From Flectonema sp. DT1601 (Eukaryota): a DNA stretch of 64,000 bases. Position numbers and translations under genes: made by a program. This document shows, piece after piece, positions 12,308 to 24,099 of the stretch (the first letter of the stretch is position 1; every line of letters starts with the position of its first letter). The notes under the pieces were generated by a model. It searched no databases, was not told the origin of the DNA, and saw only the letters and a list, made by a program, of their open reading frames with translations. The stretch lies in assembly GCA_964019425.1 (NCBI GenBank), contig OZ025780.1, positions 620,001-684,000 of the forward strand, read 5' to 3'.

Positions 12308-12790
12308 CCTCCCTTGTTGCGATTCCGTACTGCACTGAATGACAACACGGAAAAAGAGACATGTATGCAGCTAAGTTAGAAACATTTATTATAATGTAGA
12401 GCAAGTACGTCATTTGCAGAGTGTTAGCCTGTATTAACATTTTAGTCACTTGTGTCATGAGTTTTTTAATTTTATTATTGAATTCTGATACAATACAAGA
12501 GATTTATATTCGAATGAACCTAATCAAACAGTCTTCCCTCCTTGTTGCTAATATTGGACCGGTTGTTTCAACTTCCTTCTTTTATATGCTTCTTTTACGA
12601 TCATTCTCGTGCACAATTTAAAAAAAAAAAAAAAAAAAAACCATTTACCCTCTCGTCGTGTTTTCCTTTATTAAAATTTATCACACACTCGAGTGCTGTT
12701 GTACTCTAATTTATTTGAATTGCACTGCGGTCAGCTAAAAAAAGTGTATTCTTGTAATTGATTTCAACTATTTTTATATCAGGTTACAGT

Positions 12791-12980
12791 GAGTGTTGAT
12801 GTATCAACCGAGTGTTGATGTATCAACCGAGTGTTGATGTATCAACCGAGTGTTGATGTATCAACCGAGTGTTGATGTATCAACCGAGTGTTGATGTATC
12901 AACCGAGTGTTGATGTATCAACCGAGTGTTGATGTATCAACCGAGTGTTGATGTATCAACCGAGTGTTGATGTATCAACC
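12791..12980. repeat. Perfect minisatellite GAGTGTTGATGTATCAACC x10
   Basis: Ten identical 19-nt units without spacers. Confidence 0.98.
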
Positions 12981-13234
12981 GAAACACACTACAAGTAAAG
13001 AGCTGAACTACTTATTGGTGACGTACAGTGATAAATACAAAAATGAATTTTATCATTCGGAATAGATTGCTACGATGACAGCAACATTACTAAAGCTGTT
13101 TGTGACTCTTCAGACAGCTGCTATTAAAATACGAAAAAGTTTACAGAAGTGACCTGTTATTCATTATGTTATTTATTTATTTTATTTTATTTTATTTTTA
13201 TTGTTGTTCAGGTTCAGACCTCAACTCCCTCAAA

Positions 13235-16200
13235 ATGGAGTCAGACGAGGCTCAGAAACTTCAAAAACAAGTCGCTGAAATTCAAAAAGAAAAAAATAAA
13301 TTACAAAGTGAGAAGAATGCTCTTGAACAACGACAACTACAAATGAAGAGGTCAGGTGAGGATTTACTAGATGCCAACATTCGTTTAGACGAGTCAGTGT
13401 TGACGTTATCTCAGGATATGAATGCCGTCAAACAGGCAAAGGAAAGGATCGTTACTGACCTTGACGAAGTAGAGAAAGAGTTGGCTGAACTAAAAATCGA
13501 ACACGAGAAGGAAAAAACTGCCAAAGCGACCCTTCAAAATAAATGTGACCTCCTAGAGAGAGAAAAGAATCACGCAGAACAAGTCGCATCTCGCAGTAAG
13601 AGAGAACGGTCAGAAGTCACAGCCGACATCAGTGAGAAGGAGAGACGTGAAGAAGCTCTTAGACAACGTCTTGAGACAGCAGAACGAGAAAACTCACGTC
13701 ATCAACTGGAACAACAAAAACTACACAACAATGTGAAACTTTTAAAAGAGCAATCAACCCAACTCGCTGGTGAAAAAGAGCTCCAGACAGAAGCCCTTGA
13801 AACCACCAAACGAGAAAAAGCAATTATCCAAGAAAAACTAGATAACATTCAACAATATAAATCATCAAGCGACGCGTTAACCGACAGACAGGCTCGTGAG
13901 ATCGCCGCACTCGAAACAAAACTAAGCAGCGCTCTTCACAATAAGAAGACGCTTGAGGATAAAACAGAACGATTGAGACAGCAACAGACAACATCTCAGG
14001 CGGAGTTGGATCGATCGCATCATCAGAATTTATTATTTCAAGAAAAAGTTGACTCGTTGACACGAGACAAGTCTCTGTTAGGTACCGAAGTAGAAAAACT
14101 CGAACACAGCACCTCTGCTGAAGCTGAGCGTACCGACAGACTTCTACGTCAGCAAACAACTCTAGAAAATGATCTCAGAAATAGAGAATTAGAAAAAAGT
14201 TCATTGCAAGAGTCTGGAAGTCAACTTCAACGAGACCTTCAAAATAGTGAAACGAAATGTGAGAGACTGAGACTTGAACAGAATGCCTTGGAACGTGAGA
14301 AGGATGCTCTGATCATTGGAAACGATGAGTTGAAGGCAACCATTGACACACTCAGTAGAGATAAACACTCATACCTAATAGATATGGAACAGTACAAAGA
14401 CGAAAGAAATGCTGCTCAAAGTCAACTAAGTAATTCTAACAGAGAGAAGGAACGAAGAGGTGAAGAAGCAGAGAGATCTCGAAGACAGCGACAGACACTC
14501 GAAGATCGAATTGATTTGATGAAAGAACAGATGGATACTTTATCTCACACACATGATGAGTTGTTGAGGACTAAAACATTCATGCAAGGAGAAGTCGATC
14601 GCTTACAAAGAGAAAACCATGCTGTGAGAGAGACTTCAGAAAGAACTTGTGACAATGCTGCTCAAGAAGTTCTTCAGACTCAGGGAGATCTAATTAAACT
14701 TCAAGGAACCATTGAAAGGTTACAACGAGAAAGAGATTCCCTAACTGAGAAATTATCGACAGCAGTTCAAACAGCCGACAACGATAAACGAGATCGTGAG
14801 AACTCAAAAAAAGAACAACATGCGATGGAGATATCCCTCACTCACTTTAAAGATGAATTGTCATCCCTACAAACTACTCACTTAGAACATGTGTCGGGAT
14901 CTGAACGAATGTTATCTCAAAAGTCTGCAAAGATTGCTGAACTGGAAACACATGCAAACAACTACCAGTCTACCTTCACTGAAATGACGTCTCAGATTGA
15001 TTTGTTGAGACGGAAACTTGAAGAAGAACAACAACAGTCTTCAGTAAATCAACAAAAGAAAACTGAAATTCAACAACACTCAATTGAACTTGAGAGAGAA
15101 CTGCGTGAGGAAATTGACATCCTCAAAGTTGAGGGAAACCGACTACAGAATCAAGTTCATCTTGAGCAGTCTGCGACAACTACAGCAAAGGAAGAGTCAG
15201 AAAAACATCAAACCCGAGCAGGAGATCTGACTACTGAAAATGAAAGTCTTCAACAACAACTAACTATTCGTATTAATGAAACAGAAGAAGGAAGAAGAAC
15301 TATCAGAGTATCAGAATCAGAGCGTCTTCGATTGGTTGAAGAGATTGACGGCATTCGAATTCGTTTGGAAGTTGAAAAAGAAGACAGCGAGAAGTTAGTA
15401 CTCCGTCTGCGCGCTGTTGAATCAGAAAAACTCATCGCAGAGACAGAAGCCAGGAACTCTTTGAGATTATCAGAAACTGCTTTTGCTGAAGCCAAGGCAG
15501 CTGATCGTCGATTAGGAACTGCCAGAGCTGAAACCGATAAACTGATCCAAGATGTGAGAAATGCAAAACGCGAACGCGATGATTGGCGAACTCAATTTGA
15601 TGACCTTCTCCGTGAGAAACAAACCTGGGAACGAGAAAAGAGCGTTCTTGTCGTCAACTCTGAAGAAAACAGATTCCAAGTTTCCCAACTGTCCGAAGCA
15701 AACGCTGAACTCAGACGAGAACTCTCCAACTACCAAGAACATATACTCGAGTTAGAAAACTTATCAGAAAAACTAAAAGAGAGAATTAACACCCTCGAAG
15801 ACTCGTTATCAACTGCTAATGATCGAGAAAACGCTGCTCTTAGAGACAGAGAACTACTTATGAATGCAGCTGAGAGGGATCGTGTTGCTGCTGATATTAC
15901 AATCAATAGTTTAAATAATGATATGAATTTAAAAGATGTTGAAAAGTGTGAAATGCAATCCCAACTTGCGACCACAACGTCTGGACACGCAGAGATGAAA
16001 ATGATGTGCGACGCGGCTCACGAGTCTGAACGTATCTTGAAATCAGAATGTGACGAGTTGAAGTCAGCCAACGACAGACTTCGTATCTTACGAGAGGAGG
16101 ACTTGTCTGATGCGGAACGAGAACTTTCAAGAATTCGAGAACAGCTGTTGACATCAAGAAAAGAAGCTGAAGCCACTAAGAAAGAACTCTCTACCGCTGA

Positions 16201-17128
16201 AGCAGCTGCTCACACCAATAGCTTAGAAGCACAAAAAAAATCAAATTTGCACAGCAGATCTCAACATCAACTTGATGAGATGACTCTCCAGCTTCGGGTA
16301 TTAACATCTGAGTCCAGAACAAGTGAATCTGCGACGTCTGAACTGAAGACTGAACGAACTCGACTCCTTTCTGAATTGACTGAAATAAAAAAAGAACGTT
16401 CAGACCTTCGGCAACAGCAGGCTAATCTAACCGAAGAAATCACTTCTTTAAAATCAAAGTTTGGAAATCTCTCTGGAAATACATCCTACAGCAGACTTCT
16501 TAAGGAAGCAGAGACTCTCAGGGAAGCACTCTCCGCAGCAGAACGCGCTAATATGAACGAAGCAATTCGTCACGGGAAGGAGTTGCATGTTGTTAGAGAA
16601 GCTGTTGTTGCTGCGGATGAGAGCAGTACGGTTGCGATTTATAAAAATAGAATCACCGCTCTTGAACAGGAAACTGAAATACTAAAAATAAACAACGGAA
16701 GTCTTAAGAAGGAAATATTACACCTCTCGTCTACTCAAACAGTTGGACCAGCAGCGGCTGTTGCCGTTGGTGGTATTAGTGGGATTGGTTTGGGAAGAAC
16801 ACCCATCCCACGTGTGACAGCCTTCAGCTCATCTCGGAGGAGTTCTGTGCGATTGCAACCAGCATACTCAAGGACACCAGTATCTGAGAGAAAACAATCG
16901 ACCGATCCTTCATCAGTCATTCCTGTAGCCCCTTCTTCTATTCAACCAATCAGTGTAAGAGCTACCACTGGTGTATCTGCTGCTGCAGAGTCAGTTCCGG
17001 CATCCGTATCAAAACAACCTGCCACTCCTGCTGCGTCTGTTGCTCCAGAGAGCATCATGCGATCCTTGCTGAGGAAGAACAGCGCCCCAGTCATTCCCTC
17101 ATCAGTTGAAAAAGAGCGACAAGCTTAA
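13235..17128 (+). CDS. Large coiled-coil (cytoskeletal-type) protein, ~1297 aa
   Basis: Uninterrupted E/K/Q/R/L-rich heptad ORF; ATG at 13235 follows a T-rich tract and CAG. Confidence 0.9.
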   Translation: MESDEAQKLQKQVAEIQKEKNKLQSEKNALEQRQLQMKRSGEDLLDANIRLDESVLTLSQDMNAVKQAKERIVTDLDEVEKELAELKIEHEKEKTAKATLQNKCDLLEREKNHAEQVASRSKRERSEVTADISEKERREEALRQRLETAERENSRHQLEQQKLHNNVKLLKEQSTQLAGEKELQTEALETTKREKAIIQEKLDNIQQYKSSSDALTDRQAREIAALETKLSSALHNKKTLEDKTERLRQQQTTSQAELDRSHHQNLLFQEKVDSLTRDKSLLGTEVEKLEHSTSAEAERTDRLLRQQTTLENDLRNRELEKSSLQESGSQLQRDLQNSETKCERLRLEQNALEREKDALIIGNDELKATIDTLSRDKHSYLIDMEQYKDERNAAQSQLSNSNREKERRGEEAERSRRQRQTLEDRIDLMKEQMDTLSHTHDELLRTKTFMQGEVDRLQRENHAVRETSERTCDNAAQEVLQTQGDLIKLQGTIERLQRERDSLTEKLSTAVQTADNDKRDRENSKKEQHAMEISLTHFKDELSSLQTTHLEHVSGSERMLSQKSAKIAELETHANNYQSTFTEMTSQIDLLRRKLEEEQQQSSVNQQKKTEIQQHSIELERELREEIDILKVEGNRLQNQVHLEQSATTTAKEESEKHQTRAGDLTTENESLQQQLTIRINETEEGRRTIRVSESERLRLVEEIDGIRIRLEVEKEDSEKLVLRLRAVESEKLIAETEARNSLRLSETAFAEAKAADRRLGTARAETDKLIQDVRNAKRERDDWRTQFDDLLREKQTWEREKSVLVVNSEENRFQVSQLSEANAELRRELSNYQEHILELENLSEKLKERINTLEDSLSTANDRENAALRDRELLMNAAERDRVAADITINSLNNDMNLKDVEKCEMQSQLATTTSGHAEMKMMCDAAHESERILKSECDELKSANDRLRILREEDLSDAERELSRIREQLLTSRKEAEATKKELSTAEAAAHTNSLEAQKKSNLHSRSQHQLDEMTLQLRVLTSESRTSESATSELKTERTRLLSELTEIKKERSDLRQQQANLTEEITSLKSKFGNLSGNTSYSRLLKEAETLREALSAAERANMNEAIRHGKELHVVREAVVAADESSTVAIYKNRITALEQETEILKINNGSLKKEILHLSSTQTVGPAAAVAVGGISGIGLGRTPIPRVTAFSSSRRSSVRLQPAYSRTPVSERKQSTDPSSVIPVAPSSIQPISVRATTGVSAAAESVPASVSKQPATPAASVAPESIMRSLLRKNSAPVIPSSVEKERQA

Positions 17129-17163
17129 TTGATGAGTGTTGTTGTTATTTTATTTTTTGTATT

Positions 17164-17197
<34 letters not shown>

Positions 17198-17543
17198 CCT
17201 TCCTGCTATTGTTGTAATATGAAGTAGTCATTTTGACTACTGCTTACCTGTACTGTTTCGGTTATCCCCCTTTCCCCTTTCCCTTACCTCGTAGATACTG
17301 TTATTAGAAGGTCTTTGTGGCATGTTCTTGTTGTGTTTTTTTGTACCACGTGTTTCACAAAGCCAGCCTCTGTTGTTTCAGTTGTGTAGATTATTATTTT
17401 TTTATTTTAATTATTTTCTCTTTACAGTAGTAAAAAAAAAATGGTAAAAACCATCTCAACTATCACCAGAATGTAATTAAAAGTTAACCTCTACTTATAG
17501 ACTGGAACAGTATTATAATTTACCCCTCAACAGTTAAACCTTA

Positions 17544-17924
17544 ATGGAGACTTGGGATATTAATGAAGTTGGTGTGTGGTTAACAAACATAGGAGAGGGT
17601 CCCTCAGAATACTCTTCAGAGTTCGTAAAGCAGTATATCGATGGATGTACTTTGTCCTATCTCTCAGATAGTGATCTGAGAGACCATCTTGGAGTTAGAG
17701 AATTTGGTATTCGAAAGCAAATATTGAGAGAGATAAAAAAAGAACTCTCAACAACGTCATCAGATGTTGTAGTCGAGAAGACAACTCTTGATTGTATTCC
17801 TGTTTCATCTGTCAAACACTCAAAACCTTTTCAATTATCAAGTCAACACATTACTCAACTTACTGTTGAAGGGGCATCCACATTAATAAATAAAACTTAT
17901 ATCCAAAGTCACAAAGCTCTTTGA
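17544..17924 (+). CDS. SAM-domain protein
   Basis: WDINEVGVWL..YSSEFVKQYIDGCTL..LSDSDLRDHLGVREFGIRKQIL. A cis-spliced link to the next ORF cannot be excluded. Confidence 0.8.
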   Translation: METWDINEVGVWLTNIGEGPSEYSSEFVKQYIDGCTLSYLSDSDLRDHLGVREFGIRKQILREIKKELSTTSSDVVVEKTTLDCIPVSSVKHSKPFQLSSQHITQLTVEGASTLINKTYIQSHKAL

Positions 17925-18081
17925 CTTATTTTATTTTATCTATTTTTTTCAACTCTTCCTACTACCTGTATAGATGTTATGTTTTTTTATGTTTTTTTGA
18001 GTATGGTATCTGAGTGTGTATGATGATAATATTTTTTTTTTTCAGTCATCGAAAAAAAATAAAAAGGAAGATTTTCTAATT

Positions 18082-18624
18082 ATGGTTTGGAATGAAGAGG
18101 GTTTTATCAATAAGAAGGTAAGAGAGACTGGTCAGAATCAAAGAGCACCGGCAGCTTTGCTTCTCGAAAATGGCGCAACTAAGAAATGGTTCTCACTCGT
18201 GTCAAAAGGTTCTCAGCTTCCTGTTATAACTGTGAAGCAGTTAGGAACAGGGATTAACCAGTCGGTGACACCACTTCGTTTGTTTGTTGGTGATTCACTT
18301 GGACTTGATGATAGAAAAAGTTTAGACACTGTTGGATTTCTCGGAGTCACCGGATTTGATGGTTTGTATCTCCCTCTTTTGTTATATTTGATTGTCCAAC
18401 CTTTTCCTCGCTCCTCTCTATCAGAGTTTAATAAAAAATTAAAAAAAAAAAAAACAGTGGATTCATGTACTTCCTTTTCACTCAAAGTAAATATTGATAT
18501 CCAAGGTGTTATGACGATGACTGCCGTGGATAATAATACAGGGCAATCATTGCTGCTTGGACCCAGTCACAAAACACAAATTACTCGAAAGGTGTTCGTT
18601 CCAACATATAAAACTGTAAAATAA
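18082..18624 (+). CDS. Small protein resembling the Hsp70 peptide-binding beta domain; intron 18362-18457
   Basis: LVSKGSQLP..LRLFVGD..KVNIDIQGVMTMTAVDNNTGQ parallels Hsp70 [37 protein letters not shown]. The in-frame 96-nt intron is GTTTGT..AAAACAG. Confidence 0.7.
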   Translation: MVWNEEGFINKKVRETGQNQRAPAALLLENGATKKWFSLVSKGSQLPVITVKQLGTGINQSVTPLRLFVGDSLGLDDRKSLDTVGFLGVTGFDGLYLPLLLYLIVQPFPRSSLSEFNKKLKKKKTVDSCTSFSLKVNIDIQGVMTMTAVDNNTGQSLLLGPSHKTQITRKVFVPTYKTVK

Positions 18625-19425
18625 CTCTCTCTTCTGATTTACTAATCAATACAATACTACGCTGGGTAATGCGGTAGTACGGAAGTTAATCACCATCTTG
18701 TACGTGGTGGTTTGTCTTCTCATATTTCATTTCCTCGAGAGCCTTCATTTCCATGTTGGCTGATGGTACGTTTATCGAATTTATGACTTTTTTTTTTTTT
18801 TCCTTTCTAAAAATTCACGCCTACATGCTGGGTGGTCAATAAGACAAAAAGAAAAATATGATTTTCCCTTTTTTGTGTTTTCTTTTTTCTAAGCTTTTGC
18901 TCAGTCAAATACTTTGATAATTAATTTTGTTTTTAATATCTAAAGTTGTTACCGTTTTTACATTTGTCAAAGTTTCATACTGACTTCTACACCATAATTA
19001 ATGATGAGAGAATAGAGGTAAAGAGGGGGGCCTTAAAACCTAAATAGTTACTTCAAAAAGGCTAATTTAAGCATCATAGTCACTGTATCCTTAACAGCGT
19101 TATGTTAATAATGATACAATACAGTTGTATTTTAAACATTTCAACCCCCCATTTTTTTTTTCTTCAATTTTTTTATTTACACATTTTCCTCTCACTGAGT
19201 TCTTCTTGTGGTGCTCAACAATGAATGACTTGCCTTTTTTTGAGCGTACCGTTGGTACTTATTTTTTTATTCCTCACAACAGCGTTAACACATGCCGTTG
19301 CTGTTGCGCCGTAACTCGATTATCGGTTTGCTATATCAGTAATTGAGAATATGGACATTGTAACAAACATCCACACCGTCTGATTTTATTTTTAATTACA
19401 GTGTCGATTATTAAAAAATAATAAT

Positions 19426-20242
19426 ATGAAAATGCATTTCATTCAGTTGGTGATATGTACCTTGACCAGCCTCGCTTTTATATTCCCTCTTAGAGTTGTG
19501 CTTCAGGGACGGAGGCATTTTGAAGTTTTTATTGGAGTTGGTCAGTTAGTTACATCTGTGCTGTATAACATATGCGAGAATATTGAGGATTCGATAGTAT
19601 TGGAAGGTAGGCAATGGCATGCGATGAACAATATTTTTAGTACAACTTATGGTATACTTTTACTTATCCACTTGCAAGCTAATCACAGCGAAGGATTTGA
19701 TATGTTTCTGAGATACGTTGCATTCGGATCGATATGGATAGCTCAAGAGAGAGATCATTATTGGGATGCAAAGAACACTGCTGCTGTTGCTATTATATTC
19801 ATCATTCTGACGTTGGGAAAATGGACATTTCTGGGGAAGCTGCCTCCTTACAACTGGGTCAACGTGTTGAAGGGATTGGTCATCATTTCGACTACGGCAT
19901 TCTTCTGGATCATATCAATGATGCCAGGGACAGACTCTCATGGAGTCTTACACGGAATCTCTCAAATAGGAGCTGCTGTGTCACTTAGGTATTTCCCTTT
20001 TTCTTTTTACCAGCACATAAACCTCCTTTAGCTTTATCTTGTTTTAGTCGGTTCACGGGTTTCGTGACACAAACAAAAACATCAACCAGTTATATTACTA
20101 TTTTCTTGTATAGTTTAAGATAAAAGCCAATTCTTTTTTGTCATGAAAAAACAAACAAACAAACAGCTATTTATGGTCTGCTGTACCGATGAATCGGTAT
20201 AAGAAGTACGACGGAGGTCTTCTCCCAGGTGTATATTTTTGA
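19426..20242 (+). CDS. TMEM8/Myomaker-like (DUF3522, CREST-related) multi-pass membrane protein; intron 19989-20166
   Basis: TLTSLAFIFPLRVVLQGRRHFEVFIG..SVLYNICE parallels the TMEM8 family start; about 7 hydrophobic segments; spliced end YLWSAVP...GVYF. Confidence 0.7.
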
Positions 20243-20938
20243 TAACCTAATTATAACCTGTGGTAGTCTCTCCTCATGCAATTATTATTATCGATTTCTT
20301 CGATGAGAACCACTTACTGACTATTTAATGTTTTTATTTGTCGTATTCTTTTTATGTCTGGTAATGAAGTACTTCAGACACTTCGTAAATAAATAACTTG
20401 TCTTAAGGAGCCCCTGCTCTACGATTTCTTCATTTCGTTGGCTAATATCTTCTGAAGGGGTTACGGCTAGCGTTCTTTTGATGGTATGAAGCTGGGGGGG
20501 AACTCGTGAAAAGTTCATCAAAGCTTTGGAGAGATTCACTCCGAGGGTTTATTTTTTCGTAGTAAATAACGTTCGAAACATCCAAACAAGTAATTGTCTG
20601 TCTGTGGTTTCTCTCCGCAGACGACCTCTGCTGTATTTCAATTATTGGTTTCAACATGAGGCCTATCTTATTGTTGAGTGACACTGTTTTCTGTTAATGC
20701 TTGGTTTCACTCTTCACCCCACAGGACTTATTTCAAGGCTCAAGATTAATTCATAATTGAATAATTCCGTATTGATAGATCAACACACGACCACACTTTT
20801 AATGCTGTGGACCCTCCGACAGTCAAGGTTGTCTGATAAATTGTTGTTCCTTTGAGCTTAAGAATGCGGTATCATTTTGCCCCCCTTTTTTTTCCCCCTC
20901 TTGTATGTCGCCATGCAACAGGTACCTTTATAATAAAT

Positions 20939-21349
20939 ATGCCAACTTATACTTATGGTTTAGAGTACACCATTGTTCCATTGATATCATGTCCAGTGTT
21001 GTATATATCTGAATATTACGGTTTGGCTGGGTCGTTATTAGGAGGGTCTTTAGTGACATTGTTGTTTGCTTTGTTGGCTTTTGGAAGAGGAGAGTACTTG
21101 AGAAGGATAACCATAGAAGGGAAACACTTGATGGATAGGCTTGATGCGGCCTATCCAACTTTCGTTGGGATCGGACTGTGCAGTTTTACAATATTACAGA
21201 TCGTTCTTAGTGTCTCTCATTGGTCGTATTATAGGAAAGGTGATCCGGTATGTTCCTCACCTTTTAATTACCTGTTTTAGATCTCCTGAAACAAAAACAA
21301 AACAAAACAAAAAAAACCTTAACAGTTATCTGTTCTTGGGAACATCTGA
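20939..21349 (+). CDS. Small membrane protein; intron 21248-21325
   Basis: Hydrophobic ORF; the GTATGT..AACAG intron gives the terminal LSVLGNI*. Confidence 0.65.
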
Positions 21350-21666
21350 GACCGAAACTGGGCTCAGAAACAGTTTCAAAGAATGAGGCAAAAAAAAAAA
21401 TAGATTGAAAATTTTTGCTGACATCTGCTGACCAATTAGTCAGCAATGGAAAGGAAAGTGGATGACAAGCCACTGTGATAACGTGGAGTACCAAGCAGCC
21501 TTACCTTATGTTGTTAGTTTGCTTAGATCTCTCTACTAAGACTTTATCTCATAAAAGGAAACAACAAATTATGTAGCTGCGTTCAGTTCGTTTTGTTTTT
21601 TGTTTGTTTTGTTTTTACATCAGCATTAAAACTCCTTTCAGATAATAGAAAACAAGAACATAACCA

Positions 21667-24099
21667 ATGGTAGTCAGCATCCGAACAGTTGGTACTTTCG
21701 TTCTGACATGTGTACTGTCGGTAACCGTTGCTGTACTTACTGGAGTATTGGTCAGCACCATGAACTCAAATGTTGATGACATGGTTGACGCAAGCCATAT
21801 CATGGCTGATGAGTTTGCAGAAATGTTTTTATTTGAGAGAGTGACGAATATGAGAGAGCAAGTTGGAGAACATGTTTTTGGTCCTGTTCAACATTTTCTA
21901 ATTCTTGGCTCCACATCTTTCAAGCTCTACAACTACAGCGAGTCTTCAATGTCTGACGTGCTGCGTACCTGCAGATCGATGCTGGCATTGGCAGACCAAC
22001 TAGATTCTCCTAGGTTCCTAACAGAGGTTAGCTTTCTCTCATTTAAGTCGGCAAACCCGAACTCACCGGAAACAGAACTTGGTGTTAAAATGATTCTTGG
22101 CGAAGAGGTCGGTGATACTTGGAAAGTCAAACAATATGATTTTGCATCCGGAAAATTTATTTGGTTCAACGATTCTATCCCATTACCATTACACCAAATT
22201 AAGGAGGAACCCTTAGTGAATGACATTGATTTAAATAGGCATTTGGACTTGGATGATTATCACTTTGCCAGAAGCTGGTCAAAACCTCGCTTATCTTCAG
22301 ACTCATTAAGAATATCTCTTGCTTTACCTCTTCGACCTGAACAACCATCATACAGCGCGCCCTGGATCATAACTGATTTTTCCCTTGTTTTCATCAGGAA
22401 ATTGTTGCAAAGTTTGGCTTCAGTCACTGGAGAACCGAGCACGCCTCTTGCTTATGATAAACCAAATTACACTCCCAAGACAGATGAGAATATCCTTTGC
22501 ATCGTTGAGCAAGATACATCGCTTATAGTTGAATGTACACATGGTTTTGCTTCGATTCCAGCTGTAGGAGGTGGGTGGGGTCGTGTTATCGCGAATCAAT
22601 CAGACCATCCGGTAATCGGACCTGTTTTCGAACAGTTGGGGAGCCTAGCTACTGTGTCACATTCAAAGTTGTTCAAATTTGATTCTGTTGGTACAGCGAG
22701 GTTTCCCATGGCACCTGAAACATACTTTGTGAAGTCAATTTCTCTGACCCACGCTCATGAGGAAGAAGAAGATGACCATGATGCAGAAGCAGACGACCAT
22801 GATACAGGAGCAGACGACCACAATGACGGACACCACAAAGAAGATCACGATGAGGCAATCAAAGCATCCCCACCATGGTTGGGTATCGCCATAATCCCAC
22901 GATCAAAGCTTCTGCAAACATTTGAAAAAACCACCAGCAATGTTGAAGATAGCGGCAGGCGCGGGACGGTCATTGCCCTTGTCGTTGCATTTGTTATCAT
23001 GTGTGTTGCTCTGGTGACAGTTTATCTTTATGAAACTGCTTTGGTCAGACCGTTGGTGGCACTGATCTGTGACATGCGTGAAGTTGAACAAATGAACATC
23101 GACCACCTTGGAGATGCCTACCGCAACCAGACAACAATTTTTTCAGAAGTGAATGGGATTCGTACTTCTTTTATTGCTATGGTTGATATGCTAATCGAGT
23201 ACAAAGCATTCATGCCTTCTTACCTCGTTGTAACTGACAACGATGAAAGCGAAGACCAACACACGGTTGAACGCAGATCTGTGTGCTCTGGTATGACAAG
23301 TCTGTCCTCTACAGTTGTTGTACCTGCTCCAAAGGCTTCCATGTTTGCACTTGACTTAAATCATCAGTACTGCTCATTTCTCACAGCTGCTGTATCCTTT
23401 GATGATTCCAACCCTTCAGCTGGATACAACAAATTTCTCTCTGTCCTCCTGTCTAATGGGGCAAAGCTTCATCCACATATTACAGTTTCAGGAAGATTTA
23501 TCCAAGTAGCTTTTAATGCACCTATGCGAGTGTTGAATTTCAGTGACAAGGGGTTAGCTTGTGCCACTGCTATTGAACGTGAGAAGTTCTCATTTGTAAA
23601 GGGTTTGTCTTATGAGGTTGCAGATGTTGAAGCAGGAAATGTTGGTTGTCATCAACAAAAGTGGTTCTTAATTCGCACCAACAGAATTGTTGAATCTCGT
23701 GCCTTGTCGCTGTATGCTGCTCACAAAAACTCAGCATCCATTTTTTGCGATGAGGCAGTCACCTTACCAAGGTACTCTGGAACCCAATACCTTTTCTCTG
23801 CATTTGAAGTAATTAATGTTTCAGGAGCTCAACCCGCAATTGTTTACCGATTAATGGGTCTGCGAAAAAGGCAAGATGAGGAATGGATGTACACAATGAA
23901 CAGCGAAGAAGGAACAATGCTCAGCAAGTTCAACAAGGGATTTTCCTTGCTTGTTTCTGGACAGTTTGAAGCAGCAAAAGAATATTTAGAGGACTGCAGA
24001 GGTGGTAATTTTGCAAACCTAAATGCGCTGTTGAGATCAGTTGATGGAGGCAAACCATATCAAGGAATCGCATTCCCATTTCATGAAGAATGTGATTGA
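21667..24099 (+). CDS. Receptor-type adenylate/guanylate cyclase-like protein (2 TM, extracellular sensor, HAMP-like linker, degenerate cyclase domain)
   Basis: TM-sensor-TM; RPLVALICDM..FSEVNGIRTSF..YKAFMPSY; AGNVG; DEEWMY tail typical of euglenozoan cyclase-like families. Confidence 0.8.
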   Translation: MVVSIRTVGTFVLTCVLSVTVAVLTGVLVSTMNSNVDDMVDASHIMADEFAEMFLFERVTNMREQVGEHVFGPVQHFLILGSTSFKLYNYSESSMSDVLRTCRSMLALADQLDSPRFLTEVSFLSFKSANPNSPETELGVKMILGEEVGDTWKVKQYDFASGKFIWFNDSIPLPLHQIKEEPLVNDIDLNRHLDLDDYHFARSWSKPRLSSDSLRISLALPLRPEQPSYSAPWIITDFSLVFIRKLLQSLASVTGEPSTPLAYDKPNYTPKTDENILCIVEQDTSLIVECTHGFASIPAVGGGWGRVIANQSDHPVIGPVFEQLGSLATVSHSKLFKFDSVGTARFPMAPETYFVKSISLTHAHEEEEDDHDAEADDHDTGADDHNDGHHKEDHDEAIKASPPWLGIAIIPRSKLLQTFEKTTSNVEDSGRRGTVIALVVAFVIMCVALVTVYLYETALVRPLVALICDMREVEQMNIDHLGDAYRNQTTIFSEVNGIRTSFIAMVDMLIEYKAFMPSYLVVTDNDESEDQHTVERRSVCSGMTSLSSTVVVPAPKASMFALDLNHQYCSFLTAAVSFDDSNPSAGYNKFLSVLLSNGAKLHPHITVSGRFIQVAFNAPMRVLNFSDKGLACATAIEREKFSFVKGLSYEVADVEAGNVGCHQQKWFLIRTNRIVESRALSLYAAHKNSASIFCDEAVTLPRYSGTQYLFSAFEVINVSGAQPAIVYRLMGLRKRQDEEWMYTMNSEEGTMLSKFNKGFSLLVSGQFEAAKEYLEDCRGGNFANLNALLRSVDGGKPYQGIAFPFHEECD

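Noticed and set aside
12791..12980. CRISPR array
   Set aside because: Units are contiguous and identical, with no spacers and no cas genes; eukaryotic context.
13824..16920. Minus-strand ORFs overlapping long genes
   Set aside because: Antisense shadows of real coding sequence.
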